Source: Lytechinus pictus
Lineage: Eukaryota
NCBI RefSeq assembly: GCF_037042905.1
Contig: NC_087252.1
Location: 8,186,001-8,250,000 of the forward strand
Reading direction: 5' to 3'
Length of the DNA: 64,000 nt
Part shown: in pieces, positions 52,791-64,000 of the stretch
Position numbering within the stretch: position 1 is the stretch's first letter
Layout of the letters: every line of letters starts with the position of its first letter
Translations under genes and position numbers: made by a program
Notes under the pieces: model-generated
Told to the model about the DNA's origin: nothing
The model's database searches: none
Seen by the model: only the letters and a program-made list of their open reading frames with translations

Positions 52791-53744
52791 CTATTGAAAA
52801 TTAACCGAGGCTGTGGCAAAAATAGTCAATCCTGACTGGTTGCCAACCAAGGAAAGAAGAAGACGAAGAAGAAGCTATTCAATGTTGAAAAGATTGCGGA
52901 GTCTGTTTTTGGTTGTTGTTTTGTTTTTGAATGATTTTTTTATAACTTGGTCTGGAGGAAAGACTATGCTATATTTACATTTTGTTCAACATTAATAAGA
53001 TCATGGGGTCTTTTTTTTTTAATTGTTGCTTATTATTCTTTATTTGCTATAATAAATATTTGGGTCTGGAGGAAAGTCTACGCTAAATTTCTATGTTTTT
53101 TACCGTTTTAGGCAATTTGCTTCCTCTTTTTCACATATACAGGTTTTTTTTTTTTTTTTTCCTACTATATAGTCTTATGTTTTTTTCCCGTCACACCTAG
53201 CGGATTACAATATCAGTTACACCATATGTGTATTTATATATTTTTTCATATACATTTCTTTTTTGGATATATTTATATACATATCACTTATAGATACATA
53301 TTTACACTTACCTTCTTCTCTTAGTTTGTTTAATGCTTTATCATATATACTTATATGTCTTTTGCACATTATCAGTTGTTCCCCATTCTTTTTCTTTTTC
53401 CCCCCACTCTTATGCACCAGTTTATTAAGCCTTTCTTTGTAACCTGTTTGACCCACCTCTCACTAATTCTCTTGTTTTTCATCCCATTATCACTGTTTTG
53501 TTCCAGATCCTGTTTGATGTTGCCTGCCTCATTATTTTAATCCCTCTTGGCTTGAGGTCTTTTACTGGCCTTACTTACACTAACTTCCCTTTGTGTCTGC
53601 CTACTCCTTTTCTTTCATCCCCTTCACTAACCTGATTGGTCTTCTCTACTCACTAATGCCCATTTTGTCTCCTAGTTTCTAGTGTTGCTGTAGCTTGTTT
53701 GTGGTCTATATTATGGTTGTTCCACTTTATATGTTTGTCATTTT

Positions 53745-53783
53745 GCCTCCGACGAAGATTCTGCTAGGATCGAAAGCTTAGGC
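53745..53783 (+). ncRNA. Minimal type I hammerhead ribozyme-like motif in the 5' pseudo-LTR
   Basis: GCCT-CCGACGA-A-GATTCT/GCT/AGGATC-GAAA-GC-TT-AGGC: stem I GCCT/AGGC, stem II hairpin, palindromic AGCT stem III; core CCGACGA instead of CUGANGA. Confidence 0.75.
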
Positions 53784-54372
53784 CCCTTTTTGACTTTCTA
53801 ATTTACTCCATTGGCTCTCTTTTATTAGATAAGCAGTTTTCAGCAGCTTCTTTTTGCCATTGATCTCCTATTCTTCTGTTGTATCTCTCACATGTGATCC
53901 TTCTTATCTAATTTGTCTTGTTTTATCCATATATGTTTGATTTTCTGTATTTGTATTTTAGTGTTTTCTTGTTTACTTTCCTTTCATAGTTAAACTTGCA
54001 TAACTTTGTTTTTTGTTTTGTTTTTTTCTGGTATCTTTGTCTGGTCGATTTTACTTTTCAGCTTGATTTAATTAACTTTGTGTATTCTTATCATCATTCT
54101 GTTTTAGGTCCAGTTCAAATCTACTCGACTTTTCTCATTCTTTATATTTGATTTGTTTTGAATTTCCATTTTCTTTGTTTTACACCTTTTTTATTTTTTT
54201 ATTCTAGGTCTCTTTCAGCTTGATTTAATTAACTTTGTGTATTCTTATTATCATTCTGTTTTAGGTCCAGTTCAAATCTGCTCGACTTTTCTCCTTCTTT
54301 ACATTTTGATTTGTTATGAATATCCATTTTCTTTGTTTTACACTTTTTTTTATTCTAGGTCTCTTTTCTACC

Positions 54373-57038
54373 ATGACTAACCATCTATCTTTATTTCACC
54401 AGCTCAGGAAGATCAAGCTGAAGGCCCTCAAGACCTCTTTTCACCAGGACAATTACAGATTTTATTCCCTCAATCGCATTATACCCACAGGCCTCCAACT
54501 TCATTGCACTCCCGGTCTCGGTACGCTCACACCTGAACTTCGCAAACGATGGAACCAGATCTTACATGGAGCTTCAGTTCGATTAATTAACATCCTCTCT
54601 GAACAGTGTATTGCTTCTCTTGATTCTTTTTCAGCTGACATCAGTAGCCTGGAAGACGAACTACGTTCTTGCTGTACCCAAACCCAATGGCTTCAGTATA
54701 ATGATGAAATTGAATCTGATCTCTCTAAACACAGGTCTCTCCTCACTGAACGCAGAAACAAGAAAATAGGCAACCTCACAAAGAAGCGACAACGGTCAAA
54801 CAGATTTAGACGACATACCAACAACAATGATGTATCCCCCCATTTGGTTGTTAATCTCTCATCCTCCCCTCTCTCCCAAGCAGAAACCTCTCTTCTCTCT
54901 AAAGGTCTCAAGTTTTACCCCACGCCACCAGAAGTTGAACAGATAGCTCTCAGCCAAGACCTCTCTACATTCTATCGCAGGATGCGTCTCAAAAAGTTCT
55001 TTTTAGATGCACCCCCTTCTGATCCCGAGCCCTTCTACAAGAAAATCACATGGATTCCACCTAAGAATAGAGTTCCTTCCCTTGAAACTTACATCCAAGC
55101 TGTCTCATCCCAAGTTCGCTCCACAGATACCCTCGTCACCAGAGCACATGACAACCTTCCTCGAGAAGAACGCCAGGCTCTCTCATCACTCAAAAACAGG
55201 TCCGACATCATCATCAAGCCTGCAGACAAAGGATCAGCCGTCGTTGTTATGGACCGCCAGCAGTACATCGATGAAGCCATGAAACATCTCAATAATCGAT
55301 CTCACTATGCACTCCTTGATTCTGACCCTACTTGTAATTTCTCCCTACAGATCCAATCGACACTGAATGACATGAAAGAACACGAGCATCTCTCTGAGAA
55401 GGCCCACAAATTTCTCTCCCCTACTAATGCTAAACCTGCCCGCTTCTATCTCCTCCCGAAGATCCACAAACCTGGCAACCCCGGTCGACCCATCCTCTCA
55501 GGAAATGGTTCCTCAACAGAGAACATCTCCCTTTTTGTTGATTACCACATTAAGCCCCTTGTCTCACGTGCACCCTCTTACATCCACGACACTCCAGACT
55601 TTCTCAGGAAACTAAATGACATCAAGGACCAGATACCAGAGACTGCGATCATCGGCACTTTCGATGTTTCTTCACTGTACACCAGCATTCCCCACGACGA
55701 AGGTATCCAAGCATCATGTGAAGCCTTGGCCGCCAGTGGCCATTCCAGTCCCCCCATATCCGATATCAAATCTCTGATGTCTCATGTACTAACAAAAAAC
55801 AACTTCACATTCATGGGCAAGCACTACCTACAGATATTCGGTACAGCAATGGGCACCCGGATGGCTCCTTCATTCGCCTGTCTCTTCATGACGAAGCTGG
55901 AACAGCAGATGTTAGATTCAGCCCCCTGTCGCCCATGGATTTGGTGGCGTTACATAGACGACATTTTCTTCATCTGGACCAGGGAGGAAGATAGCCTCCA
56001 CACATTCATTGACCACATCAATTCCTTCCACAGGACCATTAAATTCACTTCTGATTTCTCCCAACAGGAAACCCACTTCCTTGATGTTACAGTCCAGAAA
56101 AAGTCTAATGGTATCACCACTACCCTATACTCTAAACCCACAGATACCCACCAGTACCTCCACTCATCCAGCTGCCACCCCCGTCACTGCAAAACCGGCA
56201 TCGCTTACAGTCAAGCCCTCAGACTTCGCCGTATCTGCTCCGAGGACCCTGATTTTTCCATCCATGCCAGGAATTTGCAGAAACATCTCTGTGCCAGGGG
56301 CAACGGGGCCAGGGCAGTCCAACTGGCAATTAAAAAGTTCGTTCTCTCCCCAGATCTGAAGTTCTCAAACCAAAAAGTGACAAGGAGACCACCGACAGAA
56401 TACCGCTTGTGACCACCTTCCATCCCAATCTACCCCCTCTCCGCAAAATCCTGTTTGATAACCACCACATTTTACACACTTCTGATCGTCTCCAACAGGC
56501 CGTTCCCGATACTCCCCTTCTAGCATACCGACGCCCACCGAATCTCAGGGACCTCATTGTTCGTGCTGAAGTGCCCTGCCTCACTAACCATTCTTCTCCC
56601 ATACAGCATGGCACCTTCAAATGCACCAGCAACAGGTGCATCATATGTGAAATACACCTTCACGAGGGCGATACTTTCACCAGCAACTCTACCAGCCTAT
56701 CTCACAAAATCAAGGGCAACATCACATGCACTACCACTAATGTTGTATATCTCATCACTTGCAGAGTTTGTAGGGTACAATACATAGGGGAAACCAAGAC
56801 CACACTCAAGAAACGATTCTACAGGCACAGATCCACCGTCAACACAGCAAAGCTGGACACTCCAGTTGGCCGCCATTTTAACCTCCCCAACCACTCCATC
56901 ACTGACATGATGCTACAGGGCATCGAATCTTTAGGTACCCGTCCTGACTCAGTCCGTACTAGCAGGGAGAAGCTCTGGATGAAACGACTTCGCACCACCC
57001 AACCTCATGGCCTGAACATCCAAGAGGGGAACGACTGA
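54373..57038 (+). pseudogene. Penelope-like RT plus GIY-YIG endonuclease ORF with a single frameshift (~56330)
   Basis: IKPADKGSAVV, YLLPKIHKPGNPGRPI, FDVSSLYTSIP, GTAMG, RYIDD, YSKPTD, S.HP; then CTSNRCIIC linker, VVYLITC..QYIGET, R..H, HF, RE..W, GLN. Shifting frame at ATTAAAAAG gives KVRSLPRSEVLKPKSDKETTDRIPLVTTFHPNL, which joins the two ORFs. Confidence 0.93.
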
Positions 57039-57687
57039 TTTTTCTTTCCTATCCACTTTCAATTTATATATACATATAATTTTTCCCCTCAGCTCTTTTG
57101 AATAGTTACATTATAGTTTCTTACTCTACTTTCCTCCCATATCTCATACAAGCTCAGCTCCAATTTTTCCTTCCTTATTCAGGCGATATAATAATTATTA
57201 TATATATATATATATATATATATTTGTTTTTTTCTCCACTCACCTCTTTTAGATTTACCACATTTGCTTATTTACATGTATACTATGGTTTCTTCACAAT
57301 ACACCCCCTCTCTTCTATATTTGCTTTTACCTTTTTAGGCAATTTGCTTCCTCTTTTTCACATATACAGTTTTTTTTTCTTCCTACTATATTGTCTTATG
57401 TTTTTTTCCCGTCACACCTAGCGGATTACAATATCAGTTACACCATATGTGTATTTATATATTTTTTCATATACATTTCTTTTTTGGATATATTTATATA
57501 CATATCACTTATAGATACATATTTACACTTACCTTCTTCTCTTAGTTTGTTTAATGCTTTATCATATATACTTATATGTCTTTTGCACATTATCAGTTGT
57601 TCCCCATTCTTTTTCTTTTTTCCCCCACTCTTATGCACCAGTTTATTAAGCCTTTCTTTGTAACCTGTTTGACCCACCTCTCACTAA

Positions 57688-58497
57688 GGCTGCGTTTATG
57701 CGACCTCAAGCCAGAATCATGATTTGAATCATGATTTGAATCATGATTCAAAACACAAACATGAATCACGATGTCACAGAATCAGCGTTTAGACGACCTT
57801 CATTACAATGCTGTTTCTCCTCAGATTCGGGCCAATCCAGTGCGCATCACTAGTGCGCAGTTTGACAGAGGAAGTTTTTCGCACGTGTTTCGGCTCTCGA
57901 AAAATCTTTTGCTTCCAGAATTCAGTCTATACCTAATTTTGTTTACTTCTATAGGGTCCATATGCTTCTATTCATCTTGTTAGTTTATCCAAAATGGTGT
58001 TCGGAAGTGAATTTCAGCGTAGATCCAATTTAATATTAACACTCTATACTCAACAACAACTGAGATCATTGTCTGTCCAGTTAATTCATTCACTAGAACT
58101 TGAAGTTGAAGACATGACCAAAAAATGAAAAGTAGTGGACGATGCGATGACCAACACAGAACTTGAACATGACAAGAAATGCATGCAGAGTAACCATGTA
58201 CATACAATGAGCATATAGAGAGCCTTGAGCTTGGCAAGAGTCAAACCGAAAGTAGCCCGACACAGTGAGGTCATATAATCATGATTCAAATCACGATATC
58301 GTTTATTCGAACATTTTCATACGTGATTCTGTAGAAACGTCTTTCCAAACGCCCCTTTTTTCGTAGTTCATGTTTGTGATTCTAATCATGATTATATTCA
58401 ATTTCGACTAAACGCAATCGTGATTCTGCAGAATCGTGATTTGAATCATGATTCAGATCATGATTCTAGGGTGAAAAAGTGGCGGATAAACGCACCC
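57688..58497. mobile_element. Harbinger-type MITE inserted in the Penelope 3' pseudo-LTR
   Basis: TIR GG(C/G)TGCGTTTAT; GAATCATGATT subterminal repeats; the empty site in the 5' pseudo-LTR is CAC-TAA-TTC, and the flanks here are TAA and TGA. Confidence 0.92.
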
Positions 58498-58778
58498 TGA
58501 TTCTCTTGTTTTTCATCCCATTATCACTGTTTTGTTCCAGATCCTGTTTGATGTTGCCTGCCTCATTATTTTAATCCCTCTTGGCTTGAGGTCTTTTACT
58601 GGCCTTACTTACACTAACTTCCCTTTGTGTCTGCCTACTCCTTTTCTTTCATCCCCTTCACTAACCTGATTGGTCTTCTCTACTCACTAATGCCCCTTTT
58701 GTCTCCTAGTTTCTAGTGTTGCTGTAGCTTGTTTGTGGTCTATATTATGGTTGTTCCACTTTATATGTTTGTCATTTT

Positions 58779-58817
58779 GCCTCCGACGAAGATTCTGCTA
58801 GGATCGAAAGCTTAGGC
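58779..58817 (+). ncRNA. Identical hammerhead-like motif in the 3' pseudo-LTR
   Basis: Same 39-nt sequence, about 18 nt from the element's 3' end. Confidence 0.75.
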
Positions 58818-60280
58818 CCCTTTTTGACTTTCTAAACTTCTATGTTATTCAACATTAAAAAGAATTATTTTTTAAAATCTTTATTTGGAAGTGTTTAAAT
58901 ATTTTATATAACCGGGTCTGGAAAAACTGCCTTTGCGCTATATGAACGCATTACTATCATGACTATAGGGTCTTAGTTTAGAACAGATTCGCCCAAAATC
59001 CCTTCAAATTTATAACATTTGTGGGTGAAGTCATTATTATATTTGTGGGCGATCAAAATTATTACATTTGTGGGTAAAGTGCATTATTACATTTGTGGGT
59101 AAAGGGTTTTAGTTTTTAGTTTTTGTAACCGGGTCTGGAGAGAAGACTACGCTTGATTCTCAATCTTAGCGCATATATTCCCAATATGCGCCGTATAAGT
59201 TAAAACAACAACAAAGACATTTATTCCACCAGTTTAATTAACAGGGTCTGGAGAAATGTCTAAGCTCGATTCTCATTTTTATTCCACTGGAATATCACCA
59301 TCGTATCTTAGTTTGGACTTATATTATAACTTTCGAAATAACCGGGTCTGGAAAGAGACTTTGGATTTATATTATATTTTTTTAAACAACCGGGTCTGGA
59401 CAAAAAACTCTGCACTTTTGTGCTATATGAATGCATAAAGGTTTTTAGTTTTAAGTAACCGTGTCAGGAGATAGACTACGCTTGATTCTAAATTTACTCT
59501 TGGCGAATATATTCACAATACATACCGTATAAGTTAAAACAACAACAAAGACATTAATTCCACCAGTTTTATTTAACTGGGTCTGGAGAAAAGACTAAGC
59601 TCGATTCTCATTTTTATTCCACTGGAATATCATCATCGTATCTTAGTTTGGACTTATATTATAATTTTCGAAATAACCGGGTCTGGAAAAAAAGACTTTG
59701 GACTTAAATGATTCTTGAAACAACCGGGTCTGGAAAAAAGACTTTGCACTTTTGTGCTTTATGAACGTATTACTATAGGATTTTAGTTTAGAACGGAATT
59801 GCCAAAAATCCCTTCAAATTTATTACATTTGTGGGAAAAGTCATTACATTTGTGGGCGATCAAAAATTATTTCATTTGTGGGTAAAGTGCATTATTACAT
59901 TTGTGGGTAAAGTGTTATATTTGTGGGCGTTATTACATTTGTGGATGTAAAAGGGGGGGGGGGCAGCCATATTTATTGCTGTACACATGCGTGACCAAAT
60001 TATTTCCAGACACCCCTCGTGAGGTTTTTCTCCTTGTGCAAGATAACCTCCTAAACAAGTTTTTGCGGGCTACATTTACAAATTTGGGCGCCTAAACAAA
60101 TTGTCGCCAGAATTAATGTGATCCCTACAAAAGTTTCACGATCCGTTTTCCCGTTTCTCAGGCCCGTTGCTTACAATTGGGAAGAACCCGAACACTTTTC
60201 AGAAACGAGGAGGAAAATGCTTTGGGAAAATATGCCCTAAACACGTTTGGTCAGTCTTAAGAAAAGCTTTGGAATAAATA

Positions 60281-60461
60281 CATTAGCGTACCTACGGGGG
60301 GGGGGGGCACTGTGCCCCCCCTGACGAGCCAGAACCCATGCAAAAGACGTATCCCTGCCCCCCTGACGAGCTTGAAAGACCTTTTTTTGCCCCCCCCCTG
60401 ACGAGCTTGAAGACCTTTTTTTTGCTTGCCCCCCCTTTGGAAAATCCTAGGTACGCCACTA
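60281..60461. mobile_element. Short hAT-like MITE
   Basis: CATTAGCGTACCTA versus TAGGTACGCCACTA; near-TSD AATAAATA/AATAAGTA; three CCCCCTGACGAGC repeats. Confidence 0.7.
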
Positions 60462-61494
60462 AATAAGTACCCTAAATACATTTGACCCCGTGATTGACCA
60501 GTCTTTCTAAATCACTTTAAAAAAAAATTGTGTTTTCGATACCGAGAGCTCGCGGGACCTGCGTCTGAAACTGAAACACATACCCCTTAACTCGCGTTTT
60601 TTTTTGTTCACGCATGACTGGCCATCCACTCGGGATGACCTTTGCCATTCTTACCTCTGTCATTTTTGCCTCTGTCATTACCTCTGCCATTTTTACCTGG
60701 CACCAAATTTTTACCCTCCTCTCTTTATCTTTCTCTTTGCTTTTTCTTGTACTGTATCTACACTGTATTGGTAGAGGTGGGTGTTTCATATTCAACAACT
60801 ACTATTTGCAGAAAATGTCACCACGAAATGGAGTTCAGACAACATGCAATTACAACGAATAACTTAATTAAATGTCATTATTTCTCACATTAGCATTCCG
60901 AAAGGATAATAGATACCTGTCGATGTACCTGGCAAGAAAGAAGGGATTGTTCGAATTAAATTCATCATGATCAAAATACCATTTTTAGGACTTCAAGTAA
61001 CTTAAGACATTTTCTCGCTTTCTGTTTTCCATTTCCTTTTAAGTCGTGTATGTACGCAAATGAGTGCCCTTTTTGCTTGTCAAATAAATCTGCTTGATTC
61101 AGGAATGAATACCCGTATTTGCATGTCAGTTTTTCTGAACAACCCCCCCCCCCCTGGAAATCTAAAATTTTGGGATCTGTCCCTGGGTCACGGAGAGGGT
61201 GAAAGTGCCTGCATCCATTAATATTAAACAAAAGAATATCATAGATACTGTCCGGTCTCATGGACCTGGGAAGCGGGGGGTTCTGAAGCACCCTCAAGAT
61301 TTTCCCAGGGGGTGCTGCGTGTATTATTTTACATAGGCAGCACCCCCTGGAATTCTGGTTGGTGTGTCACATAGGAGAAATGTTTGGAAAATGACCAACA
61401 TCTTGTGCAGAAACCCCTTTTTTGGCTTATCAATTTTCTTGGCACCAAAATGACCTTCATTTTGTAATGAAACCTTTTTGTGCTTCTCATATTT

Positions 61495-62700
61495 ACATAG
61501 GCGGATCCAGAGAGATCAAGGGGCCTGGGACTCACTATTGACGGAACAAAAAAGGGGAGGTAAGGCATTTAAAAAAAGAAAAAGGAGGGAAAAGAGAGGA
61601 GAAATAAGAGGATGGAGAAGAGTGAATAAAATAAGCTGAGGGGACGACTTGGAATATAAAATAAAAAAAAACTTTCATGTCACTATATAAAGTTTTCGCT
61701 CGCGCTTCGCATTGCAAGTTTGATGAAACAGTTCTACACGAGATTCTTCCTCAATAGGGTGATATAGAGCTTAAGATATCAAGTTTTGAAGTCATTATAC
61801 AAAACACATTTCAGCTCCGACATTGAGCTTTCATTATTTTGTTTGATTATAATTGATTTTCAAAAAGAGTTCTGTAAAATGTCCGTTTTATTGTCTTAGA
61901 ATCAACATTTTCAGCTCCCGCTGCGCGCTCGCGTTATTTGATATGTCAGTTATTTATTCTCTTCCTGTATTCCATAAAGTATTTTGAATATCCCTTTTCA
62001 GGTTTGATTGTCAAAACATATCAGCCAGCGCTGCGCGCTCGCATTTTGATTGGTGAGTAATGTATACCTCAATAATTCCTCTTTAATAATAAGCAATTCT
62101 ATAACAAACTACTTAAAGTCCCCTTTTCATGACATCGCGATTTGCGCTCTCATTCATTTGTTAAACATATATTAACCCATGCATCCTATTCATAATCACA
62201 AAAGTGCTTAAAATATCTAGTTTTCAGTAATTAATATAACAAATGTCGGGCTGACATTAGGCTTATTAGATTAATAAATACAAAAACAACATTTTCATGA
62301 ATTCCTAATAATTAAATTGTACTTTTTCGGAATGGAATATCTCGCGCTTGGGAAGATGAATAGAAGAAAGTCATCATTTTCATTGGATAACGAAATGTTC
62401 TTAGAATGTCCTGGTCCTACGCCAAGATAAAAATTAAAGAAATATCAGCTTGCGCCTTGCGCTCACATCATTTATTAAGAGCAATCCATAATATCCACTT
62501 CACAGTTTTCCTACACGGTGCTTGAATTAGTGCTTAAATTAACCCCTTTTCAGAAAGGATTATCAGATATTTTCAGCTCGCGTTTCGCAATCACAAGTCA
62601 TTATTGATTTTCATGTTAGGAAATATATTTAGAATGCCCAGATACTAGGTATAACTCTTAAAAACACGCACGCATGTTTATTTAGATACAAATCTTGTTC
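61495..62700. mobile_element. Decayed MITE related to 49677-50875
   Basis: Starts CATAGGCGGATCCAG; repeated CAGCTCGCGCT..GCGCTCG modules; right end not seen. Confidence 0.55.
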
Positions 62701-62714
62701 TCTAAGTTTTAGAA

Positions 62715-63985
62715 AAAAAAAATATTTATACAGGATAACATGTTCAGATAAAATACGCTGTTTTTCAACATGGTCCTGTTACACTGAAAATATCAAACAA
62801 CAATGAAAATGAATACAAACTTAAGTTAAAATACTGGGTATACTTAATTTACAATAAAAGTTGCACAACAGAAATAGAAAGAGCAGGAAGAGAGAGAGAG
62901 GTAAGATAGAGATAGTGTGGTTGATTATATGGCAGAAGTAGAGAGTGACAGGGAGAGAGAAAAGAAAGGAGTGCAATACAGAATTAACTATGATTACACA
63001 AGAAAATATGGATAAAAAATCAGTCTAATGTCAATTTAAAAATACTTGTTTTTGTACGACCTCTTTAAATATAGGAGGTTTCTGAAATATTCTGGAGTTC
63101 ATTTGGCAAGGAGTTCCATGGCCCGTTGTACAAAGAGTTACGATTGATCCAATCAATCGTTATTATGGAAAGCCAGCAAAGTCAGCATATGAAATGCATG
63201 TTTGTTCAAACAAAATTCTAGATATGAATCCATATCCATACATTCATTGATTTCTTGACACTTTGGAGTGTTCTCCTTTGATTGCAAAGGACATTTTGCA
63301 AATTTCCTGTAGAAGAAATTATGACACTGATGGATTTCCATACACTTACGATTGATCGGATCAATCGTAACTCTTTGTACAACGGGGCCATGCATATCTT
63401 TGCTTGAAACTTTCAATATTTGGTTTAGGTAATACAGTATTCAGTGAGTCAGCATTACGTGTATACATTCCATGTCTATCAATAAATAGTTCAATATCAT
63501 TACAGAGTCTAATAGGTGCAAGGCCATATATACATTGGTAAGCTTAAATATATAAGAAATAATTCCTCCTTGCAACAACAGATTGCCATTTCAGTTTCTT
63601 CATTAAATCTGTACAACTAAAAGAAAATTCATATTCCTTCATTACAATACGTGCCGCTCGCCTTTGCAGTTTTATAAGTTCCATGTTTTTCAATGAACCA
63701 TTCCCCCAAACAGAACAAGCATAATCTATACATGGCTGAATAGTTGTTTTACATAAAGTATTCAGTAAATCTGGTTTAAAAGTTAAACTTAAACAGTGTT
63801 AAATGTCTTAGAGCATGTAACTTAAATTATATTGATCTACAAGGATGTTTGACATGACCATTCCATATGAGATTATTATCAACTTCAACACCTAATTATC
63901 TTACAGAATTAACTTGTTTGAGTTGCTTACCATCAAACTTTCCAATTTTCCTTTGTTGTTTTTAATAACGAGTTGAAAAAAACAT
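62715..63985 (-). mobile_element. CR1-group LINE 3' portion, copy 2
   Basis: Colinear with 26450-28960 (KLQRRAARIVMK..KLKWQS..LPKPNIESFKQ and the shared 3'UTR). Confidence 0.85.
63120..63389. mobile_element. Harbinger/ISL2EU-group MITE inserted in CR1 copy 2
   Basis: ~40-bp TIR GGCCC(C)GTTGTACAAAGAGTTACGATTGATCC(A/G)ATCAATCG; AT on both flanks. Confidence 0.88.
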
Positions 63986-64000
63986 ACTTGTTTTAGTAAT

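Larger units (their letters stand above)
53098..58835 (+). mobile_element. Penelope-like retroelement (Neptune-type) with direct pseudo-LTRs
   Basis: ~700-bp direct repeats at 53098-53800 and 57326-58835 (the second split by a MITE) flank an RT + GIY-YIG ORF; TTCTATGTT is duplicated at 53089-53097 and 58838-58846. Confidence 0.95.
46297..59952. mobile_element. Foldback element with long modular inverted arms and TGT-type termini (Ginger-like, tentative)
   Basis: Left TGTTGCACCCACAAAT(C/G)TAATAA versus right TTATTACATTTGTGGATGTAAAA. About 500 bp at 46300-46800 mirror 59400-59950. The module AGTCTT..TCCAGACCCGGTTATT faces one way at 46460-47860 and the other way at 48130-48660, 52240-53080 and 58900-59740. 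GGGG flanks both ends. Confidence 0.8.
46278..60634. mobile_element. CCCGGG-type MITE split in its 5' G-run by the foldback element (body at 59953-60634)
   Basis: G-run on both sides of the foldback; body GGGGCAGCCAT...CACATGCGTGACC and end TTCACGCATG...CTCGGG; near-TSD ATTACCTT/ATGACCTT. Confidence 0.5.
45535..60704. mobile_element. Outer MITE with GGTAAAAATGGCAGA-type repeated arms (host of the nest)
   Basis: Left arm repeats at 45540-45610; the inverted arm begins at ~46190-46275 and finishes at 60636-60704. Confidence 0.5.

Noticed and set aside
52383..52819. Phe-rich membrane-protein-like ORFs
   Set aside because: They are the reverse complement of an A-rich low-complexity tract.
53217..53456. 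Identical 79-aa ORF repeated at 57438-57677
   Set aside because: It is an antisense frame of the duplicated pseudo-LTR with no recognisable domain.
53098..58835. LTR retrotransposon
   Set aside because: No TG..CA ends, PBS, gag, protease or integrase; RT plus GIY-YIG identifies a Penelope-like element.

Overview
AT-rich, transposon-saturated eukaryotic (animal) genomic DNA, not prokaryotic. The repeat repertoire suggests a marine invertebrate, possibly a sea urchin (inference only). The only recognisable host gene is a GT10 alpha-1,3/4-fucosyltransferase on the minus strand (6787-8160), encoded in one coding exon behind a splice acceptor. The rest is mobile DNA, and many boundaries resolve to the base from TIRs and target-site duplications (TSDs). 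Main elements: a 6.56-kb non-autonomous CACTA/CMC-like element (22-6579); Kolobok-, hAT-, Tc1-, piggyBac- and Harbinger-group MITEs; HINE/DINE-1-like (Helentron-associated) elements; an AcademH-type element carrying a broken RecQ-like helicase N-terminus (21239-22132); Vingi-, L2- and CR1-group LINE relics; two tRNA-derived SINEs; a 38-bp minisatellite; a ~177-bp satellite tetramer inserted in a LINE; and a nearly intact Neptune-type Penelope-like element with two minimal hammerhead ribozymes. The 45.5-60.7 kb region is a deeply nested stack of insertions centred on a 13.6-kb foldback element with TGT termini. I found no CRISPR, rRNA or true tRNA gene. I cannot show a truly new system. The most unusual items are the AcademH relic, the foldback nest, the satellite insertion and the variant-core hammerheads. 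Superfamily names come from terminal/TSD signatures and remembered motifs, not database searches.
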